Assembly (NCBI RefSeq): GCF_001194135.2
Contig: NC_068989.1
Location: 81,980,244-82,044,243 of the forward strand
From: Octopus bimaculoides
Taxonomy: Eukaryota
Reading direction: 5' to 3'
DNA: 64,000 nucleotides
The notes under the pieces were generated by a model that saw only the letters and a program-made list of their open reading frames with translations, was not told the origin of the DNA and searched no databases. The translations under genes and the position numbers were made by a program. Below, in pieces: positions 12,215-26,251 of this stretch. Numbering within the stretch: position 1 is the first letter of the stretch; the number at the start of each line of letters is the position of its first letter.

Positions 12215-14636
12215 TATTCAGGCTATGATATGGCAGAATTGTTAGCATGCTGGACAAAATGCTTAGTGGCATGTCCTCAGGTTTTATGTTCTGAGTTCAA
12301 ATGCTGTTGAGTTGACTTTGTCATTTATCCATTATGGCCAATAAGAAATATAGTACCAGACAAGAACAAGTACAGGAGGAGGGCGCGAGTGGGTGTGTCA
12401 ATGTACTGAAGTTGCCTCCTCTCCTAAAAATTGCCAGCCTCATGCCAAAATTAGAAAGAATTATCATTATTATTATTATTATTATTAAAAATAACACGGG
12501 AAGTACTCAAATTGAGTTTATATATAAGTGAAGAAGAGAAGAGAAACTAGCTGAAGTTAATGTAAATAGGGAAACATATTGCAAAGCAATAAATGTTTTA
12601 TACACACACACACACACACAATATTGTTACTTATTAGGGATGTGTACAATGCAACAAAACGTCCACACAGGAATTGAACTCAAATTTTTGGAGTTGGAAG
12701 TTCACTATGTTATTTACCAAGCCACTTCACTCGTAATCCTTGAAAGTAGATTAGGGGTGTATCCCAGTTGGGTGAGTGGACGAGAAATATATTCCTGATA
12801 TTGGTGATGGTAATTGAGAGCAATTGCACTTAACAGAGGACTCCACCAACGACATCGTTTCAACAACAGCATTAAAAATGTTGACGACAACAGAGTCAAC
12901 TATTTGTCACTATAGCTTTGTGGCATTTATACCACCTTCAGTTTGGGAGGCATGAGAAATATTTTGACGGGTGCTAGCTAGCATATGTGTATGTGTGCGT
13001 GAGAGAGAGAGAGAAAGAGAGAATGTGAGTATATTGTATGGGTGTGTGTGTGTGGACAAAATTCATCAAAGACACCCACAGAAATAAGGATGTGGAGGCT
13101 GTTATGGCACCGAACCAGAGACCAGTGACATTATTTGAAACAAAAATCAGAAATGTAACTCTTTTTACATCTCATCAAAAGCTAACGCACACACACATAC
13201 ACTGAGGGTGGGGGTACTTGGCATTGTCCACCACTACCACCAATGCCATCATCCTCACTGACTTATTCTTGAAAATTCCCAGTGGGGGAATAGAGGAGGG
13301 GAGGGGGGAATAATGGGAGTCTCAATTATACAAGGGAAGACCAGAAAGTCATGGAATAAACAACAATATCAATTTCAGTCCAGAAATATCACATTCAGAA
13401 ATTTGAGAAATATTATCAACTGTCCTACCTGGTTGGTGGATGATGAACAGGTGAGTAAAATATAGTCTTACCTGTTTATAGAGGTTAAACCTGTCATACT
13501 GAGATGGTGGATTTGTTAGACAGCAACAGTAGGAAGCCTTTGGACTCACCTGTCGTAAAAGACATGGGTTCTGCAATCTCTTGCTGAACAACCATGCCCA
13601 TGTGATTTATTTATAGTGATTGAATGTTTGTGCTGTACATTCGCTCACTCCCTCAATCAAATCAATATTACCTGTACAGGTGCAGAGTGTACTAAAGGTC
13701 AGATGTCAAAGTGATTGCAGAACAATGTGAAATGAGTTTTGCTCAAGAACAACACACTGCCCCGTCCTGGAATCAAAGCCATGATTTTGCATTTATGAGT
13801 ACAACATTCTGATCACAAGGCTATGAGTTTTCACTACACATATGTGCGTGTGTGTGCATGAATGGTGATATTTCATGGATGGCTTCACGTGTCACTGCTT
13901 GAGCCAAATGGTGATACAGTTATATTTCTCGTTGATATTATGATCAGTTTAAAGCAGCAAGCTGGCAGAATTGTTAGCACACCAGAGAAAATACTTAGTG
14001 ATGTTTCATCTGTATTTATGTTCTGAGTTCAAATTCTGCTGAGGTCATCTTCGCCTTTCAGCCTTTTGGAGGTCAATTACATAAGTACCAGCCGAGCACT
14101 GAGGTCGACGTAATTGACCTACCCGATCACCTGAAACTGTTGGCCTTATGCTGAAATTTGAAACTGATATTATGACCAGTCTGAAAAGCCTTAGAAACAA
14201 AATCTCTTATCTGAAAACAGGTATGGGTTGGCAAAGGGAATAGCATCTGGCTGTAAAATTCTGTCTCAAATAAATCCTTCTCTAACTCCCTGCTAGCATC
14301 GTAAATTCGACAGTGAATGAATGAACCTCTTGAGAACACAAATACAGTAAATTTACACCCTAAACGGGAAGTTGATAATGACAACTCAGGCACTGTCAAT
14401 GTTGCAACATTGTATGATTGTCACAAACTGTGCCAAAACCATTGTCAATAATTCATATTGGTTTCAAATTTTGGTACAAGGCCAGCAGTTTTAAGGGCAG
14501 GGGAAAGGCATGTTGATCTCGGTGGAGTTTTAACCCAGAATGTAAAGATGGATTAAACGCCACGAAGCATTTTGTCCAGCATGCTGACAAACCTGCCAGC
14601 CCATTGCCTGGTCAATAATTAATATTCTAAGATCTC

Positions 14637-14833
14637 TTTTGCTCTTTTACTTGTTTCAGTCATTTGACTGCAGCCATGCTGGAGCACCGCCTTTAGTCAA
14701 GCAAATTGACCCCGGGACTTATTCTTTGTAAGCCTAGTACTTATTCTATCGGTCTCTTTTGCCGAACCGCTAAGTGACGGGGACATAAACACACCAGCAT
14801 TGGTTGTCAAGCAATGCTAGGGGGACAAACACA

Positions 14834-14903
<70 letters not shown>

Positions 14904-14995
14904 TACGATGGGCTTTCAGTTTCCGTCTGCCAAATCCACTCACAAGGCTTTGGTCGGCCCGAGGCTATAGTAGAAGACACTTGCTCAAGATGCCA
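14637..14995 (-). mobile_element. SINE family B, head truncated
   Basis: 3' tail and internal (CA)n(TA)n present. Confidence 0.85.
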
Positions 14996-15759
14996 TAAAT
15001 AAAAAGGTATCTAATTAATGATTTCATAAGTGCAAGAATGTTTTTATATGTAGGATGGAACTGTAATTAATTAATTAATATCTTCCCACGACCCAGATGG
15101 AAGCAATGTAATGTAAACTTCAGCAATATTTGAACTTAGGATATTGGAGTTATCAGGTATGAAGAGCAGCTCTTAACATTCTGAACTAGTTTCACAGTAA
15201 ATTCCCTTCAGAAATGGTAACAAAAGAAACAGAAATTAAAGAAAAAACAATTCAAATAAATAAATACTGGCTAAGAACCTTAGTGATCAGCTTCAAGTAA
15301 ATAGAACCCCTAACTGAACATCCCTAGTAAACATATTCTCCCTCCCAGGTGCCACAGAATCAACTTCCTGCCTGCGGGGCACATGCCAAAGATGCTAATC
15401 TCAAATTTCACGTTAAAAAAATGCTCTTCCCACCCCCACCTTACCCAGGATCTGATCTATTTTTCTTTAAAAATGGTAACGGATGAGTGTTTCTTTTGAG
15501 AGTATAATAAGGAGTACAAGTATGAGTGGGCCCCTACCCCCATGTCGTAGCGTCACTCACACCTTTCGATAACAGCAGTTAAAAAAGGGAGCTTACATAA
15601 TTAGGGGCTGTTATGTAAATAGGGACCTAAATGTTCACCAGTGACTGTTAAATTACTTTAAGTCCTTTGTGGTGAGATGAAGCTTCTGTGAACCAACATT
15701 CAGTGCTTAGGGACACACAGTATATATAGGGATGTACATCCAAATACATGTGTGTGTGT

Positions 15760-15812
<53 letters not shown>

Positions 15813-15990
15813 TTTGTGTGTTCAGTAAACATTACTGATGAATCTCTGGTAAGTACATACAAGCAGTTAAGCTTTTGTTTACATGCATATTTTCTCTCTC
15901 ACACATGCCATTAGCATACATGCACACATGCACTCACCATTAACAATTACCACACCACCACATGCCATTAGCATACATACCACACCATAC

Positions 15991-16034
<44 letters not shown>

Positions 16035-16704
16035 GTAAATTAGATGTAAACCCCGATATCGTCTACCTTAAATGTAGATGGAATATTTTCTGCTCCAAAT
16101 CAAAACTATTTGGTTGGCTCTTAAATGGTGACAACAGAGTACAGATGGGTGGGTGGGGGCCTGCCCTCTTGAAATATGAGTATATAGGAGCGGGTAAGGG
16201 GTCGGGTGGGTTATTCTACATAGATTTAGGGAGTAGAATACTTTACAATTTACAAATTATTCTCACCATAGAAATTGTTGTGGAAGAGAACATCCAAAGA
16301 AATTCAGTCTATAAATTCAGATAAACTCATCTCTGATAAGAGACTCTTAATTGATATTTAATTGGAGTATAACCTCGTTAGATGTAGGGTTTATTAAGTG
16401 CTGAAAACCTCTTAGGGAGAATGTTAAAAATATTGAGAGTCCAGTACTGGTTATGTTAGGTAATCGTTAATGGCATATGTCTAGCTGGAAGACATAAAAA
16501 AGAGTTTATTTGTTTATAATAAAACAAAGGTTATTCAACTTAATACATTTAGGGAGCAAAATACTCCGAGCTTTTAGGGACCATTCTTTACAAGAATGCA
16601 CTGCTTTTGAAAGAAGATGGGTTTGATAGAGAAAGAATTTGTTTTAATAGCCATATTTAAACAATCTCTCTCTCTCTCTCTTTGCCTCACTATATATATA
16701 TACA

Positions 16705-16834
16705 GACATGGCTGTGTGGTAAGAAGTTTGCTTCCCAACCACTGCATGCCACCTTGGGTAAGTGTCTTCTACTATAGCCTCAGGCCCATCAACGCCTTGT
16801 GAGTGGATTTGGTAGACAGAAACTGAAAGAAGCC

Positions 16835-16876
<42 letters not shown>

Positions 16877-16912
16877 GTGTTTGTGTCTGCCTCCCCTCCC
16901 CCCCATCGCTTG
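16705..16912 (+). mobile_element. SINE family B, 5' part (runs into gap)
   Basis: GGCTGTGTGGTAAGAAGTTTGCTTCCCAACCAC head. Confidence 0.8.
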
Positions 16913-17628
16913 NNNNNNNNNNNNNNNNNNNNNNNNNNNNNNNNNNNNNNNNNNNNNNNNNNNNNNNNNNNNNNNNNNNNNNNNNNNNNNNNNNNNNNNN
17001 NNNNNNNNNNNNNNNNNNNNNNNNNNNNNNNNNNNNNNNNNNNNNNNNNNNNNNNNNNNNNNNNNNNNNNNNNNNNNNNNNNNNNNNNNNNNNNNNNNNN
17101 NNNNNNNNNNNNNNNNNNNNNNNNNNNNNNNNNNNNNNNNNNNNNNNNNNNNNNNNNNNNNNNNNNNNNNNNNNNNNNNNNNNNNNNNNNNNNNNNNNNN
17201 NNNNNNNNNNNNNNNNNNNNNNNNNNNNNNNNNNNNNNNNNNNNNNNNNNNNNNNNNNNNNNNNNNNNNNNNNNNNNNNNNNNNNNNNNNNNNNNNNNNN
17301 NNNNNNNNNNNNNNNNNNNNNNNNNNNNNNNNNNNNNNNNNTATATATATATATATATACAAACATATATATCACATATATAAATATTTAAATAGTCTTG
17401 GATATACAGAAGGAAACTCACATCAAGTCTTATATTATAATTTGTATACACACACGCATACACAAACACACACACACATGCATGCATGACTAACAGCATA
17501 TGCTAAATACACACATATTTATTCAAATACTCCACTGAGTCACTGGTTTCAGATTTGGTCATACTTTAGTGAGTGGGACCATGGAATTCTGTCAGAATGT
17601 CAGACAGCTTTTATTATTCCATGCTTAC

Positions 17629-17686
17629 ACATATCCTCCTTGTTCTGTTCTTCGTTAACTAGTGACCTCGTTACAGATGACAACAT
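17629..17686 (-). CDS. Candidate alternative first coding exon (MLSSVTRSLVNEEQNKEDM+T)
   Basis: ATG with A at -3, in-frame stop 5 codons upstream, strong donor T|gtaagc in phase 1 (same phase as the large exon donor). No homology evidence. Confidence 0.3.
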
Positions 17687-18664
17687 CCTCAACAAGTGTG
17701 TTTAACACAACAAGATTGTGTTTCATTTATTTGTAGTCCTTTATCTATTAAATACAGAGAACCGTCTGTAGTTTCGGCGTTGTGGTTTTGTACAGTTCTG
17801 ATCGCTAACCCTCACCTCAACAATTTTGTCAGATGATTTACAACAAAATATGTCTAGAGTTACATTATGACACGACTTTGCCTTATCTTTGTCTTTACTG
17901 AAGATGGCAAAAGTTCTTATCAAAGTGCCTGTATTTACTTAAAACAACAACAATAACTGTGTGGAGGAATCAAATTTAAACCAATTGACTGTTCTTTTGT
18001 AGCAGGTGAAGGAAGTGGAAGAAAAAAGCCAATTATCTTTCTTTCTACAAGGAATATTATTTGATTTGAATCAGCAGCTGTTCACAGATATAAAAATTGA
18101 TATCTTTAAGAATAGGAATCAATGTACACACTATGTACGACACAAATACACCATGTACATATACTGTACAGCATGCAGATTGTACATAGACACACACAAA
18201 GAAGCACATTACATACATTCATATACAGTACACCCTCACAAGCAGACATCCACATATTGTGCAGTTATGATTCAAGTAATTTTTCTACGAAAGGTTTTAA
18301 GGTTCATGATATATCACTGACATGTTGTGTCAGTGTAGGGAAATGGGTTATGACACTATGGGTGACTGTTGTGATACTGTGGGACAATGTGTGGTGACAG
18401 AAAGAGATGGTGTATGAAACACTGAGAAGGGGTGCAGTGGCACTCGGTGGGTAGTGCATTGTGAGACAGTGGGACAGTAAGTTGTAACATGATAGAGCAG
18501 CATATTGTGACATAACGAAGTAATGTGTTGCAGCACATTAGGGAGAAGATTGTGGCACTACAGAACATGATGTTTTGGAATTTCAGATTAGAGAAGAGTG
18601 GAGAGTCAAAGGGCCCACAAGGTTAAACCCAGCTTTAACAGAGAAACTGGCCTTTAAATATTTG

Positions 18665-18709
<45 letters not shown>

Positions 18710-20414
18710 ATACAGCACAAATAACCTGAGAGAAAAACTGGATACAAGAGAAACCAGATGTAATGTACAAGAGAGAAGACTGACATGGTACAAACATATG
18801 ATGCATATGGAAGATATGACCATGGTAGGAGATTCTTGGATAAAGACCTGGTGGGAGGTGCAAGAGGAAGGAGTCCAAGGAAGAGGAAAACATGGGAAAA
18901 AAATGATGAGAATTAATCTCAAAGAGTTAGAACCTTATGAAGGAGTTGATAAAGAATCACAAGTGGGGAGTTAGTGGTGAAGACCTGTCCAACCTATGAA
19001 AACATGAAAAAGCAGATGTGAAAAATGATGACGATGATACACACATCACCATCTTTATCATTGTTTTACGTCTGTTTTACATGCTGGCATGGATTGGACA
19101 GTATGACAAGATCAAACACTGGAGAATTATATCTTGTTTCATTGTCTTAGTTTTGGTTAGATTTCTATGACTGGCTACTCTTCCTAACACCAACTACTTT
19201 ACAAGGTGTACTGGGTGCATTTTCCTATGACACTAGCACTATAGAGGTAGTCTTTCCCTCAGCAAGACAGATGAATCCTCTCAAATCCTATGCTGTCTCT
19301 ACTTGATTCATCCAACAAGGTGCCATGCAGGGGGACTGAACCCCAAACCATGTGGTTGGGAAGTGAACTTCTTTACCACACAGTCATGCTTGTGCCTATA
19401 ACACACACACAACAAGGTAATGGTAGAGAATTTATGACTATGTGAGCTAAAGTGATATGATTTGTCTTTAAGTCAAACTTCATTATGTGACCAGAAGTTA
19501 GTGGTTAGCTATGGGCACCTGAATTAATGATCTTAAAGACAGTAAGCAATGCTTCATCACACATACACACACACACACACACAGCTTAGCAGAGCTTGTT
19601 AGTGAGTATGATATGGTATCTCATACAATGATTTTGCCAGTTGCTTTTGGAGCCTATCTTGTTGTGAGAAGACATAGACGTCTTCTCAGCCCTTCCACTT
19701 CTTGACCAAAAGGTGCAGCCCTCTCTCTATCCTTACAGAGGTTACATAATATCTATGGTAATACAACCAAATAGAGGCAGTGGGCTGCTGCACAAACATT
19801 CAGTTGGTACTCATTTTTAGCTGAGTAAACTGCAGCAACATGAGATAAAGCATCTTGTTCAAGAACATAAAATGCCATCTAATCAAGGAATTGAACTATA
19901 AACCTTATGATCACAAGCCCAACCCCTAGACATCAGACCACACACCTTCATATGTGTCCATGTACATACACACACACAGAGCTTAATCACAATATAGGTG
20001 TAAGAGGGGTTAGGTACTGTGAAAGCATGTGTGTAGAGTGTAAAACAGTCGAAGGAAGACAGGAAAAGTATGGATAGAGGGGGTGAAGTTAGTGGTTAAA
20101 TAGGGGGTGGTAGTGAAGTCATATTTGGTGACATATCTACAAGTTATCTTCATAAGTGAATAATTAATTATAAATAGAAATAGAATTGTTTAATTAATGT
20201 GGCATTAGTCTAATTTATGTTGTTAATTAGTGTTAGAACAGGTATGAATATCGCAACATCTTTTAATGGATAACTGGTAATTAATCTAATTATACAGTAG
20301 GTCTTTACTTGACCATCAGTTTTGTGTGCATATGCATAGATATATACATTAACCAATTTGTGTGTGTGCGTACACACACACACATATAAGTATATATATA
20401 TATTTATATATACA

Positions 20415-20459
<45 letters not shown>

Positions 20460-20993
20460 NNNNNNNNNNNNNNNNNNNNNNNNNNNNNNNNNNNNNNNNN
20501 NNNNNNNNNNNNNNNNNNNNNNNNNNNNNNNNNNNNNNNNNNNNNNNNNNNNNNNNNNNNNNNNNNNNNNNNNNNNNNNNNNNNNNNNNNNNNNNNNNNN
20601 NNNNNNNNNNNNNNNNNNNNNNNNNNNNNNNNNNNNNNNNNNNNNNNNNNNNNNNNNNNNNNNNNNNNNNNNNNNNNNNNNNNNNNNNNNNNNNNNNNNN
20701 NNNNNNNNNNNNNNNNNNNNNNNNNNNNNNNNNNNNNNNNNNNNNNNNNNNNNNNNNNNNNNNNNNNNNNNNNNNNNNNNNNNNNNNNNNNNNNNNNNNN
20801 NNNNNNNNNNNNNNNNNNNNNNNNNNNNNNNNNNNNNNNNNNNNNNNNNNNNNNNNNNNNNNNNNNNNNNNNNNNNNNNNNNNNNNNNNNNNNNNNNNNN
20901 NNNNNNNNNNNNNNNNNNNNNNNNNNNNNNNNNNNNNNNNNNNNNNNNNNNNNNNNNNNNNNNNNNNNNNNNNNNNNNATATATATATAGTGA

Positions 20994-21312
20994 AGGTGCA
21001 TGGTTTAATGGTTGGGACATTCAGCTCACGATTGGAAGGTCGTGAATTTAATTCCTGGTGATGTATTGTGCCCTTGAGCAAGACACTTTATTTCACATTG
21101 CCCCAGTCCACTCAGCTGGCAAAAATGAGAAGTACCTGTATTTCAAAGAGCCAGCCTTGTCACACTCTGTGTCACGCTGAATCTCTCCAAGAACTGCATT
21201 AAGGGTACATGTGTCTGTGGAATGCTCAACCACTTGCATGTTAATTTAATGAGCAGGCTGTTCCTTTGATCGTATCAGCTGGGACTCTTGTGGTTGTAAC
21301 AAATGGAGTGCT
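20994..21312 (+). mobile_element. SINE family A' (different head, CORE-like segment, family A 3' half)
   Basis: Head followed by CCTTGAGCAAGACACTT, then CAGCCTTGTCACAC..GGAGTGC shared with family A. Confidence 0.75.
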
Positions 21313-21315
21313 CCT

Positions 21316-21366
<51 letters not shown>

Positions 21367-22412
21367 NNNNNNNNNNNNNNNNNNNNNNNNNNNNNNNNNN
21401 NNNNNNNNNNNNNNNNNNNNNNNNNNNNNNNNNNNNNNNNNNNNNNNNNNNNNNNNNNNNNNNNNNNNNNNNNNNNNNNNNNNNNNNNNNNNNNNNNNNN
21501 NNNNNNNNNNNNNNNNNNNNNNNNNNNNNNNNNNNNNNNNNNNNNNNNNNNNNNNNNNNNNNNNNNNNNNNNNNNNNNNNNNNNNNNNNNNNNNNNNNNN
21601 NNNNNNNNNNNNNNNNNNNNNNNNNNNNNNNNNNNNNNNNNNNNNNNNNNNNNNNNNNNNNNNNNNNNNNNNNNNNNNNNNNNNNNNNNNNNNNNNNNNN
21701 NNNNNNNNNNNNNNNNNNNNNNNNNNNNNNNNNNNNNNNNNNNNNNNNNNNNNNNNNNNNNNNNNNNNNNNNNNNNNNNNNNNNNNNNNNNNNNNNNNNN
21801 NNNNNNNNNNNNNNNNNNNNNNNNNNNNNNNNNNNNNNNNNNNNNNNNNNNNNNNNNNNNNNNNNNNNNNNNNNNNNNNNNNNNNNNNNNNNNNNNNNNN
21901 NNNNNNNNNNNNNNNNNNNNNNNNNNNNNNNNNNNNNNNNNNNNNNNNNNNNNNNNNNNNNNNNNNNNNNNNNNNNNNNNNNNNNNNNNNNNNNNNNNNN
22001 NNNNNNNNNNNNNNNNNNNNNNNNNNNNNNNNNNNNNNNNNNNNNNNNNNNNNNNNNNNNNNNNNNNNNNNNNNNNNNNNNNNNNNNNNNNNNNNNNNNN
22101 NNNNNNNNNNNNNNNNNNNNNNNNNNNNNNNNNNNNNNNNNNNNNNNNNNNNNNNNNNNNNNNNNNNNNNNNNNNNNNNNNNNNNNNNNNNNNNNNNNNN
22201 NNNNNNNNNNNNNNNNNNNNNNNNNNNNNNNNNNNNNNNNNNNNNNNNNNNNNNNNNNNNNNNNNNNNNNNNNNNNNNNNNNNNNNNNNNNNNNNNNNNN
22301 NNNNNNTATATATATATATATATATATCTTTTTATCTGGGTGTAAAGCTATAGAAATAACTCAAGGCCTGCTCAAGAGTTTCATGTGTAGCAACATGTGT
22401 GTGTGTATATAT

Positions 22413-22445
<33 letters not shown>

Positions 22446-22884
22446 CATATATGTATGTGTATAAGAACCATTTACAGTCTGTCTTTCATTGCATTATCTA
22501 TTCACACTCAGAACATCCAATAATGAGTTTCCAAGCAAAAATGAAACTTACATAAGAGACAATTGATGTAGATTTGAGATATAATTATTTAAATATATAT
22601 AATGTGTGTGCAAGCAACCAGTAAGTCTGTGGCAATATATAACAAAAATTCTTGGACACAGAAAGAGACTGACAACCATACTCAAATTTGGACAGTCAAG
22701 AAGACTACATTTTTGAGAACGAAACTTTAAAATGGAAGTTTTAAGAGAAAAATGTCGTTGGCATTTTAGTAAATAAAATTGAAACACCTCTAAAGATCTA
22801 CTTTAGGAATGTTATCCAGGTACACAATCTGCACAAAAAATAGCAGTTACAAAACAACTGTATAGTTAATGGAGTTGAATATTA

Positions 22885-23265
22885 TCATCATCATCGTTTA
22901 ACGTCCGCTTTCCATGCTAGCATGGGTTGGACGATTTGACTGAGGACTGGTGAAACCGGATGGCAACACCAGGCTCCAGTCTGATTTGGCAGAGTTTCTA
23001 CAGCTGGATGCCCTTCCTAACGCCAACCACTCAGAGAGTGTAGTGGGTGCTTTTACGTGTCACCCGCACGAAAACGGCCACGCTNNNNNNNNNNNNNNNN
23101 NNNNNNNNNNNNNNNNNNNNNNNNNNNNNNNNNNNNNNNNNNNNNNNNNNNNNNNNNNNNNNNNNNNNNNNNNNNNNNNNNNNNNNNNNNNNNNNNNNNN
23201 NNNNNNNNNNNNNNNCAACGGCCACGCTCAAAATGGTGCATCTCATGTGCCACCTGCACCACCCA
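22885..23265 (-). mobile_element. Retroposon family C ((GAT)n tail, GGAAGGGCATCCAGC motif)
   Basis: CATCATCATCGTTTAACGTCCGCTTTCCATGCTAGCATGGG...GGATGCCCTTCCTAACGCCAACC; internal gap. Confidence 0.85.
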
Positions 23266-24029
23266 CTCTGATAAAATAATGATTGTATACACGACTGTAT
23301 TTTAGGGGTGGTTGCCCGGGTATCTGGGTGTAGTATGACTATCTGTATGTGCTTGTTATAAGTTTGAGTGATACTGACGTTAAGAACTAATATCTAAAAG
23401 CACAATAAAGAGTTATCTCCCTTCATCTATTCATAAATGGAAAAATGTTTGCGGTTTCAAGAGGCAAAAAAAAAAAAAAAAAAAGCTGGCAGAAATAAAA
23501 AAAACAGGTTTCATGTTCAATCCCAGTTAGGAGCAAGTAGAAGAATGGGGAGAGGATGGAGAATCGCTAGTCAATAGTTTTAAATTAGTATAATTTTATA
23601 CATCTGCACTGAGGATTGTGAAGATAATTTCTGTGAATGATTAAGGAATTCAGTTGCTGAATTATGAACAAATGGATAGAAATTCACGCCCAGGAAACAG
23701 CATCAGTCAGTTTCCTATTTTATTTGATTCATTTTAAGAACTGATTTTGATGAAATAAAAAATCAATTAATAAATGATAATGACGATGATGACGATAATT
23801 TGACACTGAATAAATATGGAATGTATAGAGCAGAGGACACGAGTAACACCTATCATCAGAGAATGATTATATGCTTTCTACTGCTAAGTCAGACAAACAG
23901 AGATTGGATATCATCCAAGAAATCAATAGAATATATTATAAACAAAAGGGTAGGTTAAAGAGAGGACAAACTAGGACTCCTAAAGCAGTGAGTGAAGCAG
24001 ATGAATAAGTATATCTACCAAACTCACAA

Positions 24030-24484
24030 TATCTTGCTTTCCTGAATATGGACACATTAAAGCTCCAACATTTGGTAACTGACTTGATAGACACCTTTAA
24101 GATTATCCACTACCTTTTCAACAACAACCCTGGGCAACTTTTTGAATCCCATATGTCTAACAGTCGTGGACATGCTTAGATAATCAAAGAGCAACACAGA
24201 ACCCATTACTTTCGGAACCATTTTCTCCTGCTCAGACTTGCAGAAGCATGAAATAAACTACCCACATCAGCTGTTAGCTGTCAAGACACTTCATCCTCCA
24301 AAACGTCCAGGTTTCCCTGAAATTCATCAACAGTACATCTAATGCGCCCCTACCCACTTCTGTATTTTTTAAACAATTCGTTCATTGTTCACTTCTTGTG
24401 CATATTCTCTGTACTGTTCATGCACTTTTGACTACTTTTTCTGATGAGGACTGCATACGATAAGCTTATTATTATTATTATTAT
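24030..24484 (+). mobile_element. CR1-like LINE 3' end remnant with (TTA)n tail
   Basis: Translates as LAFLNMDTLKLQHLVTDLIDTFKII..SRGHA*IIK..FRNHFLLLRLAEA*NKLP, resembling the CR1-group ORF2 C-terminus (DL..YKI..TRGH..KL..NFF..RV...WN.LP). Ends about 54 bp from the large exon donor, antisense to the gene. Confidence 0.75.
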
Positions 24485-24537
24485 AAACAGTTGAAGATAT
24501 TGAGAATAACAACACTAACAAAAAAAGATATACTCAC

Positions 24538-26251
24538 AATTATTCACAGTTGCATTAATACTGGTGATATAGGATGCTTTTGTGGTAGGTTTAAAATCCT
24601 TTCCTTCTGATCGAGTGATACACGGACCATCTGTGACGTAACACTCTGAAGAGCAATTGTTCATGCTTGGTGTGGAATCATAGCGAGAATATGTATCCAA
24701 TAACTTCTTTTCCATTTGAACAGGGGTTGTGTCCTGGTTTGGGGACACGGGAGTACTTAAACTTTTGGTCAGTGCTGCTTTATAGGTGGTTGTTCGTTCA
24801 GCAGGTGACTGTACTGGTGTACAGGTATAGGTCTTATAGTTATCCTGTGGTAGCAGTCTCTCTGAGGTGCGGTGTTGTTTATAGTTCAATGGGATTACAG
24901 GCGAGGGCAAACTCACTTCATTGGGTTTGATTTCAAACTGGGCAGCTCGAGTAGCAACACTTTCAAATTTAGTCCTAGAAGTAATTTTTTCTATTTCAGT
25001 TTTATACCTGTTGGAAGGTGAAAGAGGCACAGAAGATGGAGACTGTGTGTCTCTTTTGGAGGAGACCACACAGATAGTCCGCACTGGTGTAATACCAGCG
25101 CTGTTCTGGTTATTAAGGGTGCTAGTGGTGGTAGTAATATTGTTACTACTACTGCTACCAACTGCACTAGGGGTAAACTCCATCTGTGATTTACGCTGAA
25201 TAAGAACAGGTCTTTGGTTATATGAAACTGGAAGCACAGGGGCAGTGGAAGGAGCATTAAGGGATGTTTTATTTAAAACTGGTGTCCCACACATTGTCTT
25301 GTAGATGACATGGCGGGACTGTGGGCTGGGTTCTTCTCGAGAAGTGAGGGAGCGATTAAAAACACCATTCGAACTGTTTGGAGACTGATAAATAGAACGT
25401 GAGTTAGGTTGGTTCAGAGGAGATATTTGTAAAGGAGGATGTACCACTGAAGCCACTGCAGAATGTATCGGGGTACAGTGGGACGTAGTAGCTTTGCTAG
25501 CTTCCACAGTTGAACTGTGGTTATTAGTAAGAAAATCAGTCTTTGCAGACAGCCCAGGTGAGAAAGTATTTGCAAAGGAGGATAAAGATGAAGTGGTCTG
25601 AGAACGAGGTAACATTTTGTTCTCAGAGGAGATGGTACGTAACGTAGTTGAGAAGGTCTGCCGTGAGTCCTTGGCGTTGTACAATGGGCTTTGGAAATAG
25701 GACTCAGACCGGCTGACATTCTCAAATGATTCCCGTGATTGCAACACATTTTCACGAGATGTTCGCCTGCGACTGTTGCTGCCACTGCTTGACACATAAA
25801 TATTATCAATACTATTAGATTTTTGCTGATCTTTCTTTGGTGGAAAATACAACCCAAAAGAGTATGAATCGATTTTCTGCTCGGAAGTTTGAGCAGCACG
25901 TTGCTCAAACTCCCGCTTCCGATCCAAAAATGCAGCTTTATTCATGTTATCAGGTACAAGTGGCTCCCTCTGGAGGCTAATTCCTGATGAGAAAGATGTT
26001 GACGTCACTAGTGGAGATGGATTGATTTCCTTGATGGTCGTTGTTGAGAAAATTGGATCAGAATGCTGATTCTCTCCAAATGTAAAGGAAACCTTTCTTT
26101 CTTTGACACGATCGGGGAGATAAACAGTTGTTTCCTTCAGAGCAGACTGTGAATGAACGGCGGGTTTCACACTTATAACAGGAGTTGAGCTGGAGTGACT
26201 GCTTATAAACGTATCTGCTGATGTTTGGTTATAAGCAGTATTCTTATATGC
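24538..26251 (-). CDS. ARHGAP21: ARHGAP21/23-like RhoGAP, large low-complexity S/T/P-rich exon (571 codons + 1 nt)
   Basis: Only long clean ORF in the window. Acceptor tttttcttcgtgaccag|GCATAT (AYKNTAY, cf. AYSQDAY after the PDZ in ARHGAP21); donor AAT T|gtgagt; phase 0 to 1. Confidence 0.9.

Noticed and set aside
24442-24470. Hammerhead at CTGATGAGGAC
   Set aside because: No helix II partner or GAAA follows; it lies in the 3' UTR of the CR1-like fragment.
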